Assembly: GCA_913043225.1 (NCBI GenBank)
Contig: CAJWLU010000008.1
Span: forward strand, 64,001-128,000
Source: an uncultured Acidobacteriota bacterium
GTDB lineage: Bacteria; Acidobacteriota; Vicinamibacteria; Vicinamibacterales; UBA8438
Reading direction: 5' to 3'
DNA length: 64,000 bases
Within the stretch, counting starts at the first letter, position 1, and the number at the start of each line of letters is the position of its first letter. The notes under the pieces are model-generated. The model did not search any database, was not told where the DNA came from, and worked only from the letters and a program-made list of their open reading frames with translations. Of the stretch, positions 1 to 10,181 are shown piece after piece. A program made the position numbers and the translations under genes.

Positions 1-1
1 G

Positions 2-208
2 GAGTTGTGGCAGACTCGGCTGTCGACGATGGCCAACGGCTACCCGATTACCTACTCGGTCGACGGTACCCAGTACATCGCGTTTGGCGCCGGCAATTCT
101 GGAGCGTCGGGTAGCTGGACCGGTGTTATCCCGGCCGATCTGCTGTCCGATGTGAAGAACCCCAGCCTGGGGGGCAACGCAATCTTCGTGTTCGCACTGC
201 CTGACTAG
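2..208 (+). CDS. PQQ-dependent dehydrogenase, C-terminal fragment (5' end outside window)
   Basis: ELWQTRL..GYPITYSVDGTQYIA..GNAIFVFALPD is the typical quinoprotein C-terminus; compare the end of the 50379-52142 product. Confidence 0.85.
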   Translation, partial: ELWQTRLSTMANGYPITYSVDGTQYIAFGAGNSGASGSWTGVIPADLLSDVKNPSLGGNAIFVFALPD

Positions 209-2835
209 TGACGGAGCAGGTCGCCGTCCTCGGCTGGTCCGCGTGTGTCGACGCTGGCACCGCGGTGGTTGGGGGCAAAGGCTGGAACCTCGGTCGCCTG
301 TCCAGGTATGGCTTCCAGGTGCCGGCTGGCGGGGTGCTGCCGGCCGCCGCCTGTGAAGCGCTGCTGGGGACGCCTGCCCTGGCCGCCGAGGTTGCGGCGT
401 TGGCCGGCGTCACTGCTGGCGAGGCAGGTGACGAGTCAGTCGTCGCTCACCTCGGTCGACTGCGCGACCTTATTCTGGGCGCCGCCCTCTCCGAGGCGAC
501 TCACCAGGCGCTCGGAGACTTCCTCCACCAGACCGGTCTCCACGACACGCCGGTGGCGGTGCGTTCGAGCGCGGTGGCCGAGGACGGCGCCGGTACCGCC
601 TTCGCCGGTATCCACGACAGTGTGCTCGGCGTCGTCGGCGTCGACGCCGTCGTTAAGGCGGTACTGCGGTGCTATGCCTCCCTCTGGACGCCTCAGGCGC
701 TCGCCTACCGGCGCCGGTTCGGGGTGGCGGACCACGACACGCCGTGTGCCGTGGTCATCTGCGAGATGGTCGGCGATCCCGACCGCGGGCCGGTCTGCGC
801 CGGCGTCGCCTTCTCCTGCGATCCAGTGACCGGCGAGCGTTCGCTGGTGGCCATCAATTTGGCCGCCGGGTTGGGGGACGCCGTGGTCAGTGGCGAGGTC
901 AACCCGCAGCAGTATGTGGTCCGTCGGAAGGATATGGCGCTGCGGTTCGAGCGCACCGACACGCTCGGCGAGCCGGCGCTCCTCAATGATGGCCAGGTCG
1001 AGGCCCTGGCGCGGCTGGTGTTTCGCGTGCACTGGGCGCTGGGCGACGGCGACGTGCCGCAGGACGTCGAGTGGGCCTGGGACGGGGACCGGTTCTGGCT
1101 GCTGCAGGCCCGGCCGATCACGCGTCTGCCCCGGTGGACCTTTCCAGGCGTCCTGACCACGACCGTGACCTGGTCGAATGCCAACGTGCGTGACTCGTTT
1201 CCGCACGCGCTTACCACCATGACCTGGTCGTTCGCCGACGCCACGGCCCAGGCCATCGTGTATGCCTCGACCGAGGTTTCCGGCTATCCGCTCCCGGCTG
1301 GTATGGAGGTGATGCGCCGCTTCGGCGGCCGCCCCTACTTCGACCTTGACGCCCTGCAGTGGTGCCTGTGGGACGGCTTCGGCATCACGCCGGCCGAGAC
1401 TAACCGGTTCATGGGCGGGTTCCAGACCGAGATCCCGATCCCGTCCGGAAGCCCGTTTGCCGGACGCGATGGGCGCGCGCGCGGTTTGCGCCGGCTGCAT
1501 CTGCTCCGGTATCTCTGGAGCTTCGATCGCCGCACGCCGCCGCGCATCCAGGCCATGATCCATGCGGCGAGGGAGGCGCGCGCGACCGAGCTGTCTACCT
1601 TAAGCCCCGTCGCGCTCGCCGAGCACGTCCGACGCGTGGAGCAGCTCGGCATCGACTACCAGCCGGTGCTCCAGCTTGCCGCCGCCTACTACGGCGGCTG
1701 GATCGTGGGCATGCAGGAGCTGCTTCGACGGGTCAAGGGCGGCGGCAGCGAGACGCTCATCGGCCGTCTGTTGGCGGCTTCGGGCGACGTGGCTAGCGCC
1801 GAGCAGGGGCACCGGCTTCAGGAACTGGCCCGGGTGGCGGGCGTCGACCCCGCAGCGCCGGCCGCGCTAGCTTCGGACGACCCGTTCGCCTGGCGAGCGT
1901 TGCCCGCGTCCTCCGGGTTTCGGGGCGCGATGGAGCGCTATCTCCATGACTTCGGTCACCGGGCGGTGTTCGAGATGGAATTCAGCAGCCCCCGCTGGTT
2001 CGAGAACCCGACCTACCTCCTAGACCAGGTGCGCTTCCACCTTGACCACCCGGATCTACGGGATCAGCGTGACCATGCCGCCGAGGTACGCGCGCGCGCC
2101 GAGGAGAGCCTGGCCGAGGTGCCGTTCTACGCGCGGCCTCTGCTTCGGTGGCTGCTGCGGCGGGCTCGCACCGGCGCCGGGCTACGGGAGAACGCGAAGT
2201 CTGGCGCCGCCGCGGCCGTAGCCCTGATCCGCCAGGTGTGTCTGGAGGTCGGTCGCCGTCTCGCCGCGGCGGGTCAGCTCGAGTCGGCCGACGACGTGTT
2301 CCACCTCGCCACCGTCGATGTGGAGGCGTTCCTCGACGAGACCTGGGACGGCCGGGGCGCCGCCGCCCTGGTCGAGGACCGCAAACGGCGGCTCGCTCGT
2401 GAGCAGACGATAAGCCTGCCTGGCGTGATCACCGACGCCGAGGTTGCCGGCCGACCGGTTCAGCCCGAGGCGGGCTCGTCGGCGCACCCGGTCGAGGCGA
2501 GTTGGAACGGGCTTGCGGCTGCCCCTGGCACCGCGACAGGCGTGGCCCGGGTCATCGACACGCCCCACGACGGCCAGCGGCTCAAGCGCGGTGACGTCCT
2601 GGTGGCGCCCTCCACCGATCCCGGCTGGACCCCCCTGTTCTTGCGCGCGTCGGCCGTGGTGATGGAGACGGGAGGTTACCTCTCACACGGCGCCGTGGTG
2701 GCCCGCGAGTTCGGGCTCCCGGCCGTCGTCAACGTCGAGGACGCGATGCTGAACATTAAGGACGACGACGCCGTCCGCGTGGACGGAGATGCCGGGGTCG
2801 TCAGCAGAATCCAGAGCCCTCAATCTGACAGTTGA
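208..2835 (+). CDS. PEP-utilising enzyme, rifampicin phosphotransferase/PigC-like architecture (ATP-grasp + central domain + His-swivel domain)
   Basis: VGGKGWNLG, AVRSSAVAED..FAG, GLGDAVVSG, QDVEWA, LQARPIT; C-terminal TDPGWTPLF..GGYLSHGAVVAREFGLP with the phospho-His; no PEP/pyruvate-binding TIM barrel. Confidence 0.85.
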   Translation: MTEQVAVLGWSACVDAGTAVVGGKGWNLGRLSRYGFQVPAGGVLPAAACEALLGTPALAAEVAALAGVTAGEAGDESVVAHLGRLRDLILGAALSEATHQALGDFLHQTGLHDTPVAVRSSAVAEDGAGTAFAGIHDSVLGVVGVDAVVKAVLRCYASLWTPQALAYRRRFGVADHDTPCAVVICEMVGDPDRGPVCAGVAFSCDPVTGERSLVAINLAAGLGDAVVSGEVNPQQYVVRRKDMALRFERTDTLGEPALLNDGQVEALARLVFRVHWALGDGDVPQDVEWAWDGDRFWLLQARPITRLPRWTFPGVLTTTVTWSNANVRDSFPHALTTMTWSFADATAQAIVYASTEVSGYPLPAGMEVMRRFGGRPYFDLDALQWCLWDGFGITPAETNRFMGGFQTEIPIPSGSPFAGRDGRARGLRRLHLLRYLWSFDRRTPPRIQAMIHAAREARATELSTLSPVALAEHVRRVEQLGIDYQPVLQLAAAYYGGWIVGMQELLRRVKGGGSETLIGRLLAASGDVASAEQGHRLQELARVAGVDPAAPAALASDDPFAWRALPASSGFRGAMERYLHDFGHRAVFEMEFSSPRWFENPTYLLDQVRFHLDHPDLRDQRDHAAEVRARAEESLAEVPFYARPLLRWLLRRARTGAGLRENAKSGAAAAVALIRQVCLEVGRRLAAAGQLESADDVFHLATVDVEAFLDETWDGRGAAALVEDRKRRLAREQTISLPGVITDAEVAGRPVQPEAGSSAHPVEASWNGLAAAPGTATGVARVIDTPHDGQRLKRGDVLVAPSTDPGWTPLFLRASAVVMETGGYLSHGAVVAREFGLPAVVNVEDAMLNIKDDDAVRVDGDAGVVSRIQSPQSDS

Positions 2836-4073
2836 CGCTGGACCACGGCCTCGTCGAGCTCCACGCCCAGACCTGGGCCGCTCGGCGGGGTGATGTAGCC
2901 GTCCTCGATCACGATCGGCGTGGTGAAGACATCCCGGTGCAGGTCGTTGGTGTTGAACTCTTGCACGAGGAAGTTCGGCGAGCACGTGTCCAGCTGCACC
3001 GCCGCAGCCGCCGCGATCGGTCCGCAGTACATGTGGGGAGCGATGACTGCGTAGTAGGCCTCACACATGCTGGCGATCTTCTTCGACTCGGTGATGCCGC
3101 CGCACTGGCCGACGTCCAGCTGGATGATGTTGGCTGCTTGTCGGTTTAGCACCTCAGCGAACTCAAACTTTGTGACCAGGCGCTCCCCGGTCGCGATCGG
3201 GATACTGGTCATCTGCGCGACGCGTGCCATCTCATCGACGTTCTCCGGATACACCGGTTCTTCGAAGAAGTACGGGTTGAACTCCTCGAGGATGCTCGCG
3301 ATCCGGATGGCGCCCGATGTCGTGAACTGACCGTGGGCGCCGATCCCGATCTCAAGCTGGTCACCCACCGCGTCACGCATGGCGCGGAAGATGCGCCCCA
3401 CGTGGTTGATAGTTGAGAGCGGATAGTCCCTCGGTCCGCCGGTGATCGGCTGGAACGGGTCCAGCTTGCACACGCCCATGCCCCGGTCGATGAGCTCCTG
3501 GGCCCGTTCGCCCGCGATCTCCGGGTTTTCCCAGACCCCGGCCATTTCGAGGTAGGCGTAGGCGCTGAGCCGCTCGTGGAACTGCCCACCGAGCAGGTTG
3601 TAGATCGGCTGCCCTGTGGCCTTGCCCATGATGTCCCAGCAGGCCATGTCGATGGCCGACATCGCCGGCGTTTTCGAGAGACCCGGGTGGCGGTAGTCGT
3701 GCGGGTTGGCGTAGATGTCGTGCCAGATCCGCTCGACGTCGAACGGGCTCTTGCCGATGACGCGACTCTCGATCAGCTCACCGAGCAGTGCCACCTGGGA
3801 GCCGAGCTCGGTCACGCCGCCGGAGACGCGCTCGCCCAGGCCCACGATGCCCGCGTCGGTTTCGAGCTCAAGAAACAGCCACTTGCGATGGCCGATCGGC
3901 GGGTCGATGTTGTCCAGTACCCGGGTCCGATAGCCGGTGATCTTGATGTTCCGCTCAGGTGAGTCTTGCAGCTCCTCGGCGACCGCCGGTCGGATCCCGG
4001 TACCTATTCCGGCGCCCAATCCAGCCGCGGCCAGTCCGGTGCTCTGCAGAAACCGACGTCGGTCGATACTCAT
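2820..4073 (-). CDS. Mandelate racemase/muconate lactonising (enolase superfamily) enzyme with Tat signal
   Basis: MSIDRRRFLQ Tat motif; SAIDMACWDIMGK, PIYNLLGG, KLD, EEP, GER, APH motifs. Confidence 0.88.
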   Translation of the reverse strand: MSIDRRRFLQSTGLAAAGLGAGIGTGIRPAVAEELQDSPERNIKITGYRTRVLDNIDPPIGHRKWLFLELETDAGIVGLGERVSGGVTELGSQVALLGELIESRVIGKSPFDVERIWHDIYANPHDYRHPGLSKTPAMSAIDMACWDIMGKATGQPIYNLLGGQFHERLSAYAYLEMAGVWENPEIAGERAQELIDRGMGVCKLDPFQPITGGPRDYPLSTINHVGRIFRAMRDAVGDQLEIGIGAHGQFTTSGAIRIASILEEFNPYFFEEPVYPENVDEMARVAQMTSIPIATGERLVTKFEFAEVLNRQAANIIQLDVGQCGGITESKKIASMCEAYYAVIAPHMYCGPIAAAAAVQLDTCSPNFLVQEFNTNDLHRDVFTTPIVIEDGYITPPSGPGLGVELDEAVVQRQLSD

Positions 4074-4099
4074 GGTGTTCTCCTGCGCGTTCGAGGTTG

Positions 4100-5035
4100 C
4101 TAGATCCCTTGAAAGATATAGTTGACGATTGGGTCAACCGTGAAATTCCCGCAACACTTGTTCGCCGTGAACTCCGCGTAGCGCGCCGGCTTCTCGTAGG
4201 TGGCGATTGCCTCCTCGGCGGTCAGACCGGCATCGATGCTGGCGCGGGTCTGATTATAGAGGTCCACGTAAAACCCACGATAGCTGACCAAATCGCTCCA
4301 TTCCATCGGGGTATCCCAGTGGCCATTAATGATGATGTCCACATCGGGGACGTTGTCGATCACCTTGGTGAGCGTGCGTCCGAACTCGATGGCACTCCCC
4401 CCGTTGCCATTTTGGCCATCGATAAATGGCAGCGTCCTGCCGAGGAACATGTCACCGACATGCATTGCACGAGCCTCCTTGAATACCACGAAGGTGTCGC
4501 CGTCGGTGTGGCCTCGGCCGAAGTAGTAGAGGTCGATTTGGTCCGGGGTGCCGGCGAAGAGGCTCATCCGGTCGCTGAACGTGGTCTGCGGAAGATACTT
4601 CCGGTTCTCGCCCTGGAAGTCGTCGCAATTGGTCGGAATCGGCGCACAGTCGGTGCGGGCCCAGTGTCGGCGAATGTTCTCGTGTGCGACGTAGTGCACC
4701 GTGTCGGGGAACTCCGTGTTAGCGCCGCTGTGGTCGAAGTGGACGTGCGTGTTGATGATCATGACCACCGGCTTGTCGGTGATCTCTTGCACGAGCTCAA
4801 GAATGGTCGGCCCGTAGCCCTCGTTCTTGGTGTCCACTAGCACCACGCCGCTCTCGGCCACGAGCATGGCGATGTTGCCTCCGGTCGACATGCCGGAGCC
4901 CAGCATGTGTAGGGTGTCGCTGAGCTGGTGTACCTCGATCGGCGGAATTTCTGGTTGTTCGGCCTCGAGCGCCGCGCTCCAGGCCACGAGCCCGAGGGCG
5001 AGGGTGGTCAGCGGTAACAGGTAAATGCGTCGCAT
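4100..5035 (-). CDS. Secreted MBL-fold metallo-hydrolase
   Basis: Signal peptide; INTHVHFDHSGAN (HxHxDH), GRGHTDGD, GD, GH motifs; paralogue of 60684-61631. Confidence 0.88.
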   Translation of the reverse strand: MRRIYLLPLTTLALGLVAWSAALEAEQPEIPPIEVHQLSDTLHMLGSGMSTGGNIAMLVAESGVVLVDTKNEGYGPTILELVQEITDKPVVMIINTHVHFDHSGANTEFPDTVHYVAHENIRRHWARTDCAPIPTNCDDFQGENRKYLPQTTFSDRMSLFAGTPDQIDLYYFGRGHTDGDTFVVFKEARAMHVGDMFLGRTLPFIDGQNGNGGSAIEFGRTLTKVIDNVPDVDIIINGHWDTPMEWSDLVSYRGFYVDLYNQTRASIDAGLTAEEAIATYEKPARYAEFTANKCCGNFTVDPIVNYIFQGI

Positions 5036-5056
5036 CTGTTTTACTCCCGAGCTTCT

Positions 5057-5080
5057 GTGGGGCGCGGTTGCAGCCCCACC
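5057..5080. repeat. REP-like intergenic palindrome, copy A
   Basis: GTGGGGCGCGGTTGCAGCCCCACC; near-identical to 53403-53427. Confidence 0.6.
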
Positions 5081-7150
5081 CTACGGTAGCGCAAATGCCA
5101 CCAGCCTCGGTCCGCCGCCGATCGTCAGCGCGATGTGCTGGCGCTCCTCGACCATGTAGGTCATCGGTGTGCCGATCGCGCCGGTCGGCAGATCCACCGA
5201 GGCCACGATCTCCCCGGTGGCCTTGTTCCGGGCCACTAGTCGCGGTCCGTCGTTCGTGCCGCCGGCCGTCAGCACGCTGATGAGTAGCGTCTTGGTGACC
5301 AGCGGGCCGCCACGTCCATCCCCGCCCACGGGAGGCAGATTTAGGTCCCGCAGCATCGGGGAATTGCGGATCCTGTTCCCGTCTCCGTTTGGTTGCATCC
5401 AGGTATGTTCGCCGGCATTGAGGTCGATGGCCGTCATGCGTGAGTAGGGCGGCTTGAAGAGGGGGAGCCCCTGCGGCATGGCCGGCTGACGTCCACTGCC
5501 GAACGCCGCCTGCGTGATGGTCATTGTGGCGCCCGTCGTCTCCGGGTCAGGCGAATAGAAGTGCAAGACCGACGACCGGTTGTTTGACGGCACGTAGAGA
5601 ATGCCTGTCTCGGGATCCACCCCGGCTCCGCCCCAGTTGGCGCCGCCATCGATGGCCGGTCGCTGGATGACCCCCTGGGTCTCTTCCTCCACGGTCCGTA
5701 GCGGCGGCGTGAAGATGGGGCCGAGCGTGAAGTCGGCCACCGCTTCTTCCGCGAGGGCCCTAACCTCCGGGGTGAAGTCGATCAGGTCCTCGATGGAGAC
5801 GCCCTGATACTCGAATGGGGGTGGCTTGGTCGGGAACGGCTGCGTCGGTGAGGGCACCTCCCCTGGGAGGTTAGTATATTGCGGCACCGGCCGTTCTTCG
5901 ATGGGCCACACCGGATCGCCGGTCACCCGGTCGAACACGTAGGTGAATCCCTGCTTGCTTACCTGGGCCAGCGCCTGGATCTCACGGCCGTCGACTGTGA
6001 TATCGATCAGATTTGGATGAGTGGGGAAGTCCCAGTCCCACAATCCGTGGTGCACCGCTTGGAAGTGCCACATCCGCTGGCCGGTCTCGATGTCGACCGC
6101 GACGATCGATTCTGAGAATAGGTTGTCGCCCAGCCGGTCCGCCCCGTAGTAGTCGTTGGTGACCGTGCCGGTGGGCAGATACACGTACCCAAGCTCATTG
6201 TCACCGGCCAGCATCGACCAGACGTTGCCGTTGCCCGAGTACCGCCACGACTCGTTCAGCCACGTGTCGGCGCCGAACTCGTCGGCGCTGTTGGGCACCG
6301 TGTGGAAGTCCCACTCGTGCTCGCCGGTCCGGACGTTCCACGCGCGCACCCAGCCGGGTACTGCCTCCTTGGTGACCCGGACGTCGGCCACATGCGATCC
6401 ATGGATGACACGATCGCGTACGATGATGGGCGGTGAATTGATCGAATAGAGAAAGGCGTTCAGGTAGTCCCGGTTTTCGCGGATAGCCCGGGGGACACCC
6501 TCCATCGCATCGATACGGCCCTTCTGGTCGGGCCCGAAGTCGGGGCAGGGTTGGCCGGTGGCCGCCTTGACGCAGACGAGGTAGCCGGCGCCTGTGCCCC
6601 AGAAGATGCGCTCGTCGCCTTCGCCGTCGGTCCAGTAGGCCACCCCGCGCTGGGTCCAGGGGCCAGACATCGACGGGGTGCCTTCCTCGTAGGTCTTGGG
6701 GTTGTAGACCCAGATAGTCTCGCCGGTGGCGGCATCCACCGCCACCCCTTGCGATAGCGGCGTGTTGAAGTAGAGGACGCCACCCACCATCAGCGGTGTC
6801 GCTTGAAACCGTGACGGGTTCGGCGACTGGCCCTCCCGATATAGATTCTGGGTGTCGGCCACCAGCGACTCGACGATGACGTCGAGCGGTGCCTGCCATT
6901 CGCTCCCGTCGGGCATGGTCCGGCTCAGGACCTGGTCGACTGAGGTCCACTCCCAGGCCAGCTCGAGGGCACCGAAGTTTGTAGCGTCGATCTGGTCGAG
7001 GGGCGAGTATTTCTGTCCGGCGATGTTACCCGCGTAGCTCCGCCACTCGCCGTTCTCGGTGCCGTAGCTTTGCCACGGTTGCGCTTCCGTGGCTGAAGCA
7101 CCCAGCGTGACCAGGGTCACCGCCGCGGTCGCAATCACTCTGCGTGTCAT
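5081..7150 (-). CDS. PQQ-dependent dehydrogenase, glucose/quinate dehydrogenase-like (periplasmic)
   Basis: Signal peptide; KYSPLDQI, QATPLMVGGVLY, RGVAYW, HHGLWDWDFP, PTQPFP, GGANWGG, KPPY, TPMTY motifs. Confidence 0.9.
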   Translation of the reverse strand: MTRRVIATAAVTLVTLGASATEAQPWQSYGTENGEWRSYAGNIAGQKYSPLDQIDATNFGALELAWEWTSVDQVLSRTMPDGSEWQAPLDVIVESLVADTQNLYREGQSPNPSRFQATPLMVGGVLYFNTPLSQGVAVDAATGETIWVYNPKTYEEGTPSMSGPWTQRGVAYWTDGEGDERIFWGTGAGYLVCVKAATGQPCPDFGPDQKGRIDAMEGVPRAIRENRDYLNAFLYSINSPPIIVRDRVIHGSHVADVRVTKEAVPGWVRAWNVRTGEHEWDFHTVPNSADEFGADTWLNESWRYSGNGNVWSMLAGDNELGYVYLPTGTVTNDYYGADRLGDNLFSESIVAVDIETGQRMWHFQAVHHGLWDWDFPTHPNLIDITVDGREIQALAQVSKQGFTYVFDRVTGDPVWPIEERPVPQYTNLPGEVPSPTQPFPTKPPPFEYQGVSIEDLIDFTPEVRALAEEAVADFTLGPIFTPPLRTVEEETQGVIQRPAIDGGANWGGAGVDPETGILYVPSNNRSSVLHFYSPDPETTGATMTITQAAFGSGRQPAMPQGLPLFKPPYSRMTAIDLNAGEHTWMQPNGDGNRIRNSPMLRDLNLPPVGGDGRGGPLVTKTLLISVLTAGGTNDGPRLVARNKATGEIVASVDLPTGAIGTPMTYMVEERQHIALTIGGGPRLVAFALP

Positions 7151-7159
7151 TGGTGACTC

Positions 7160-7639
7160 CTACCGCGGTGGCGGCTGATAGATTTCGAACTCGAACCCGT
7201 CGAGGTCGCTCAGGAACAGCAGAATCGGGCCGCCAGGGGAGGTCAAGTCGCGCAGCATTGTTGCCCCGGCCTCGACCGCCCGGTCGGCCAACGCTCGGGC
7301 GTCGGTGCTGTTGATGACGATCCGGCCGTATCTGTTCTTCTCTTCCGGCAGTGGGTCGTTATTGAGATGCGCCAGCAGCAAACTCATGCCGCCTGGCTGG
7401 TCGGGGCGACCTAGCCCGATCTCGATGAGGTCCTTGTCCTCGCCGTCGGGCGGGAACTCGAAGGTTCGGACAAGTCCGAACACCTCCGTGTAGAACTGCT
7501 CGGCACGCGGAATGTCGGTGACATTGAGGGCCACGGCGCCGAGGGTGATACCGTCGGTCTGGGCCACGGCCCGCGCGGGCACTCCGATCAGAACGAGGGA
7601 AGCTAGGGCGGTGGTCAGTAACAGGGTGATACGGCGCAT
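7160..7639 (-). CDS. Secreted VOC (glyoxalase/bleomycin-resistance fold) protein
   Basis: Signal peptide; VALNVTDIPRAEQFYTEVFGL ... FLSDLDGFEFEIYQ; GGAGAG RBS upstream. Confidence 0.8.
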   Translation of the reverse strand: MRRITLLLTTALASLVLIGVPARAVAQTDGITLGAVALNVTDIPRAEQFYTEVFGLVRTFEFPPDGEDKDLIEIGLGRPDQPGGMSLLLAHLNNDPLPEEKNRYGRIVINSTDARALADRAVEAGATMLRDLTSPGGPILLFLSDLDGFEFEIYQPPPR

Positions 7640-7796
7640 ACATGCTCTCCTTGCGACGATGAGTAACCACTCACCTTAGTGGGTCGCGATCGGCCGTGCA
7701 AGGAGAATGTCGGCCGTTGTGCGCCGGATTCGCCTCCCGTATAGTGAGGCGTCCTGGTCGACACTTTGGTCTCGGGCTCCGGAGGAGAAACGTCCC

Positions 7797-8663
7797 ATGC
7801 GTACCGTCAGGCTTGCCGTGATCGCCCTCGTTCCCCTTCTCGCCATCGCTCCGGCTCAGGCCCAGACCGTCGATGGCGGGCGTGGCGCACTCCCCGTCAC
7901 CGTACCGGTCGGCTACAGCGCCGACGTCGCCGCGCCGCTCATCGTCCTGCTACACACCTATGGCAACACCGGGGCCCGTCAGGACGAGTACATGGGACTG
8001 TCGGATCTGGCCGACAGCTACGGGTTCGTGATGGTGGCCCCAGACGGCACGCCGTCGCGGGGCGAAGGTAATCCGCAGTTCTGGAACGCTTCCGCCGCCT
8101 GTTGCAATTGGGAGGGGGTCGACCTCGACGATGTTGGCTACATCAGCGGTTTGATTGACGCAGTCAAGCAGGACTACACCATCGACGAGAAGCGGGTGTT
8201 TATCCTCGGCCACTCGAATGGCGCGTTCATGGCGCATCGGCTGGCCTACGAACGTGGCGCCGACATCGCGGCTATCGCCAGCTTGGCCGGCGCCGACGAA
8301 GCGGGCGAGCGCCAGGGACCCCCCCATCCGGTCCATGTACTCCAGATTCACGGTACCGGTGACACTGCTATCGCCTACGACGGCGGCGAGATTCAGGGCA
8401 GTGCCTATCCAGGGGCGAAGCAGTCGGTGGCTAACTGGGCGGCACGTAACGGTTGCGCGGGTGCTGGGGTCGACGCTGGCCGTTTGGACCTCGACAGCAG
8501 CGTCGACGGGATGGAGACGACGGTGACCCGCCATGCCAGCGGTTGCACGGCGGGCGGGTCGGCCGAACTCTGGTCGATCGCCGACGGAGCACACTTGCCA
8601 GAGCTCTCCGAGCACTTTACGCAGCTCGTGGTCGAGTGGCTCCTAGGCCACCCTAAGCCTTGA
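7797..8663 (+). CDS. Secreted alpha/beta-hydrolase, PHB depolymerase/LpqC-like esterase
   Basis: GGAGGAG RBS at 7781; signal peptide; WNASAACC, GHSNGA nucleophile elbow, IHGTGD, GAH. Confidence 0.85.
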   Translation: MRTVRLAVIALVPLLAIAPAQAQTVDGGRGALPVTVPVGYSADVAAPLIVLLHTYGNTGARQDEYMGLSDLADSYGFVMVAPDGTPSRGEGNPQFWNASAACCNWEGVDLDDVGYISGLIDAVKQDYTIDEKRVFILGHSNGAFMAHRLAYERGADIAAIASLAGADEAGERQGPPHPVHVLQIHGTGDTAIAYDGGEIQGSAYPGAKQSVANWAARNGCAGAGVDAGRLDLDSSVDGMETTVTRHASGCTAGGSAELWSIADGAHLPELSEHFTQLVVEWLLGHPKP

Positions 8664-8664
8664 G

Positions 8665-9678
8665 CTACTGTTCGTCAGTAGGGTTCTTTTCCAGATACCT
8701 GGAGCCGCTTAGCGCGTTGGGCACCGCGTAGTTGCCCTCGTGGCAGGCGTATTCGAAGATCTGGTAGTCCGTCTCGGCCGTCAGCGGCATCGATATAGTC
8801 CAGGGCGCGTCATAGACGTTCGGGTCGGTGATGGTCACTTCCCATATCAGCGTGCTCTCGGACACGCGCTCGTAGCGCTCCACCACGTGGAGCGCCGTGC
8901 TCGTGGGGATGCCCTTCAGGCGGCCGCCGGCGAAGCTCGACGCGATCCAGCCTCGGTTGTGGAAGCCTTCGCTCTCAATTACGAGCACGTCGCCCTCCCA
9001 GTGAGCGCGCGAGTTCCCCATCCACTGATCGATCCGGTCGTCGATGAACGGCCCGTCCGAGAGTGGGATGACCCGAGCATCGTGAATCATTTCGTGGAAG
9101 ATGGCGATGTGGTCCGGTGTCTGGAAGATGCGATAGACATTGTTGTAGCCCGCCGGCAGCATCGAGCCGGGCACGCCCCGGGAGATGCAGCGGTCCCAGA
9201 CGCTCATGTTCTCGTAGGTGTCGCCCTCGTTGGCCAGCCGCCAGGCCTTGGTGTCGAGTGCCCACTGCTTGACCGGCGCGCGGCCGGTCGGTGGATCCAC
9301 CACCATCGAGGTTTGTCCGGTCGAGAGCACCGTGTCACCGGAATCAAGCCAGTAGCTGCCGTAGCCGCCGACGTTACGGCCGGCCTCGGTGCGCTGGGCA
9401 GGCCGGGCGTCGTTGGCCGCCTCGCTATCGGCGCGCCGCTGGTTCAGCGCAGCCATGTCCTCGTCGCTCAGATATGCCCGGGTCTCGCTCTCGGGACGCT
9501 CGATCGGCGTGATGGTCTTGTTGCCCCACTGGCCCTGTAGGTCAGGCTGGCCGTCGGGCAGCCGGGGGCTCGTCCAGTTTGGATCGCGGACCCGATCGAG
9601 CTGAGCGGTGGCCGGTAGCGCCGACATGATGACGGCGGCGGAAACGGCGACGATCAGCCAGTTGGCGCGAGTTCTCAT
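8665..9678 (-). CDS. Conserved secreted hypothetical protein ('PDLxGxW...DRC...ACHEGNY' family), copy 1
   Basis: AGGAG RBS, ATG at 9678, signal peptide; aligns with 45371-46378 and 52385-53341; the longer N-terminus in the ORF track looks spurious. Confidence 0.8.
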   Translation of the reverse strand: MRTRANWLIVAVSAAVIMSALPATAQLDRVRDPNWTSPRLPDGQPDLQGQWGNKTITPIERPESETRAYLSDEDMAALNQRRADSEAANDARPAQRTEAGRNVGGYGSYWLDSGDTVLSTGQTSMVVDPPTGRAPVKQWALDTKAWRLANEGDTYENMSVWDRCISRGVPGSMLPAGYNNVYRIFQTPDHIAIFHEMIHDARVIPLSDGPFIDDRIDQWMGNSRAHWEGDVLVIESEGFHNRGWIASSFAGGRLKGIPTSTALHVVERYERVSESTLIWEVTITDPNVYDAPWTISMPLTAETDYQIFEYACHEGNYAVPNALSGSRYLEKNPTDEQ

Positions 9679-10181
9679 CTGCCCACTCCTCAGTATCCAC
9701 CGGGCCGACATTCCGGCTCGGGTTTGCCACGATGTCGCCATGATAGCAGGCGCCAGCTGGGTGCGTTCTTTATCTAGGCTGAAGATGCGACGGTGGCTCT
9801 GTCGTCGTACCTGCTGAGACGTTGTCGGTGCGCGTTGCCGGTTCGATCCACGAGGCGATCGCCGAAGGTGCCCACTAACTACACGGGGCCCGGCGGGTTT
9901 GTCCCTGCGTCGGTCGACTGGTACGAAGCGAGCAGGTCGCACGATATGCATAGCAGCAGTCATTGAGGCGCCGCATACTGGTGTCGGAATGACGAGGGTT
10001 GACCCGATTAACCGAGCGCTGGTGTTCACTGACCGATGGCGACACAGTCAAGATTCAACTGAGCCTCAGCGATGCGTTCCGGATGCCGTAGCCTTCGATG
10101 TTTTGGTGGAAGTGCGATGCTGGTGGTAGAATGGTAAGTGGATACTTACCTGATGTCGAAGAGCGAAGTGCGAGCATAGTG

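Noticed and set aside
4100..5035. Metallo-beta-lactamase resistance gene call for the MBL-fold proteins
   Set aside because: HxHxDH is shared across the superfamily; nothing in the sequence supports beta-lactam specificity
9725..9740. Sigma-54-like GG-N10-GC on the minus strand upstream of the gene starting at 9678
   Set aside because: Spacing fits but the match to TGGCAC-N5-TTGC is weak and likely by chance in GC-rich DNA
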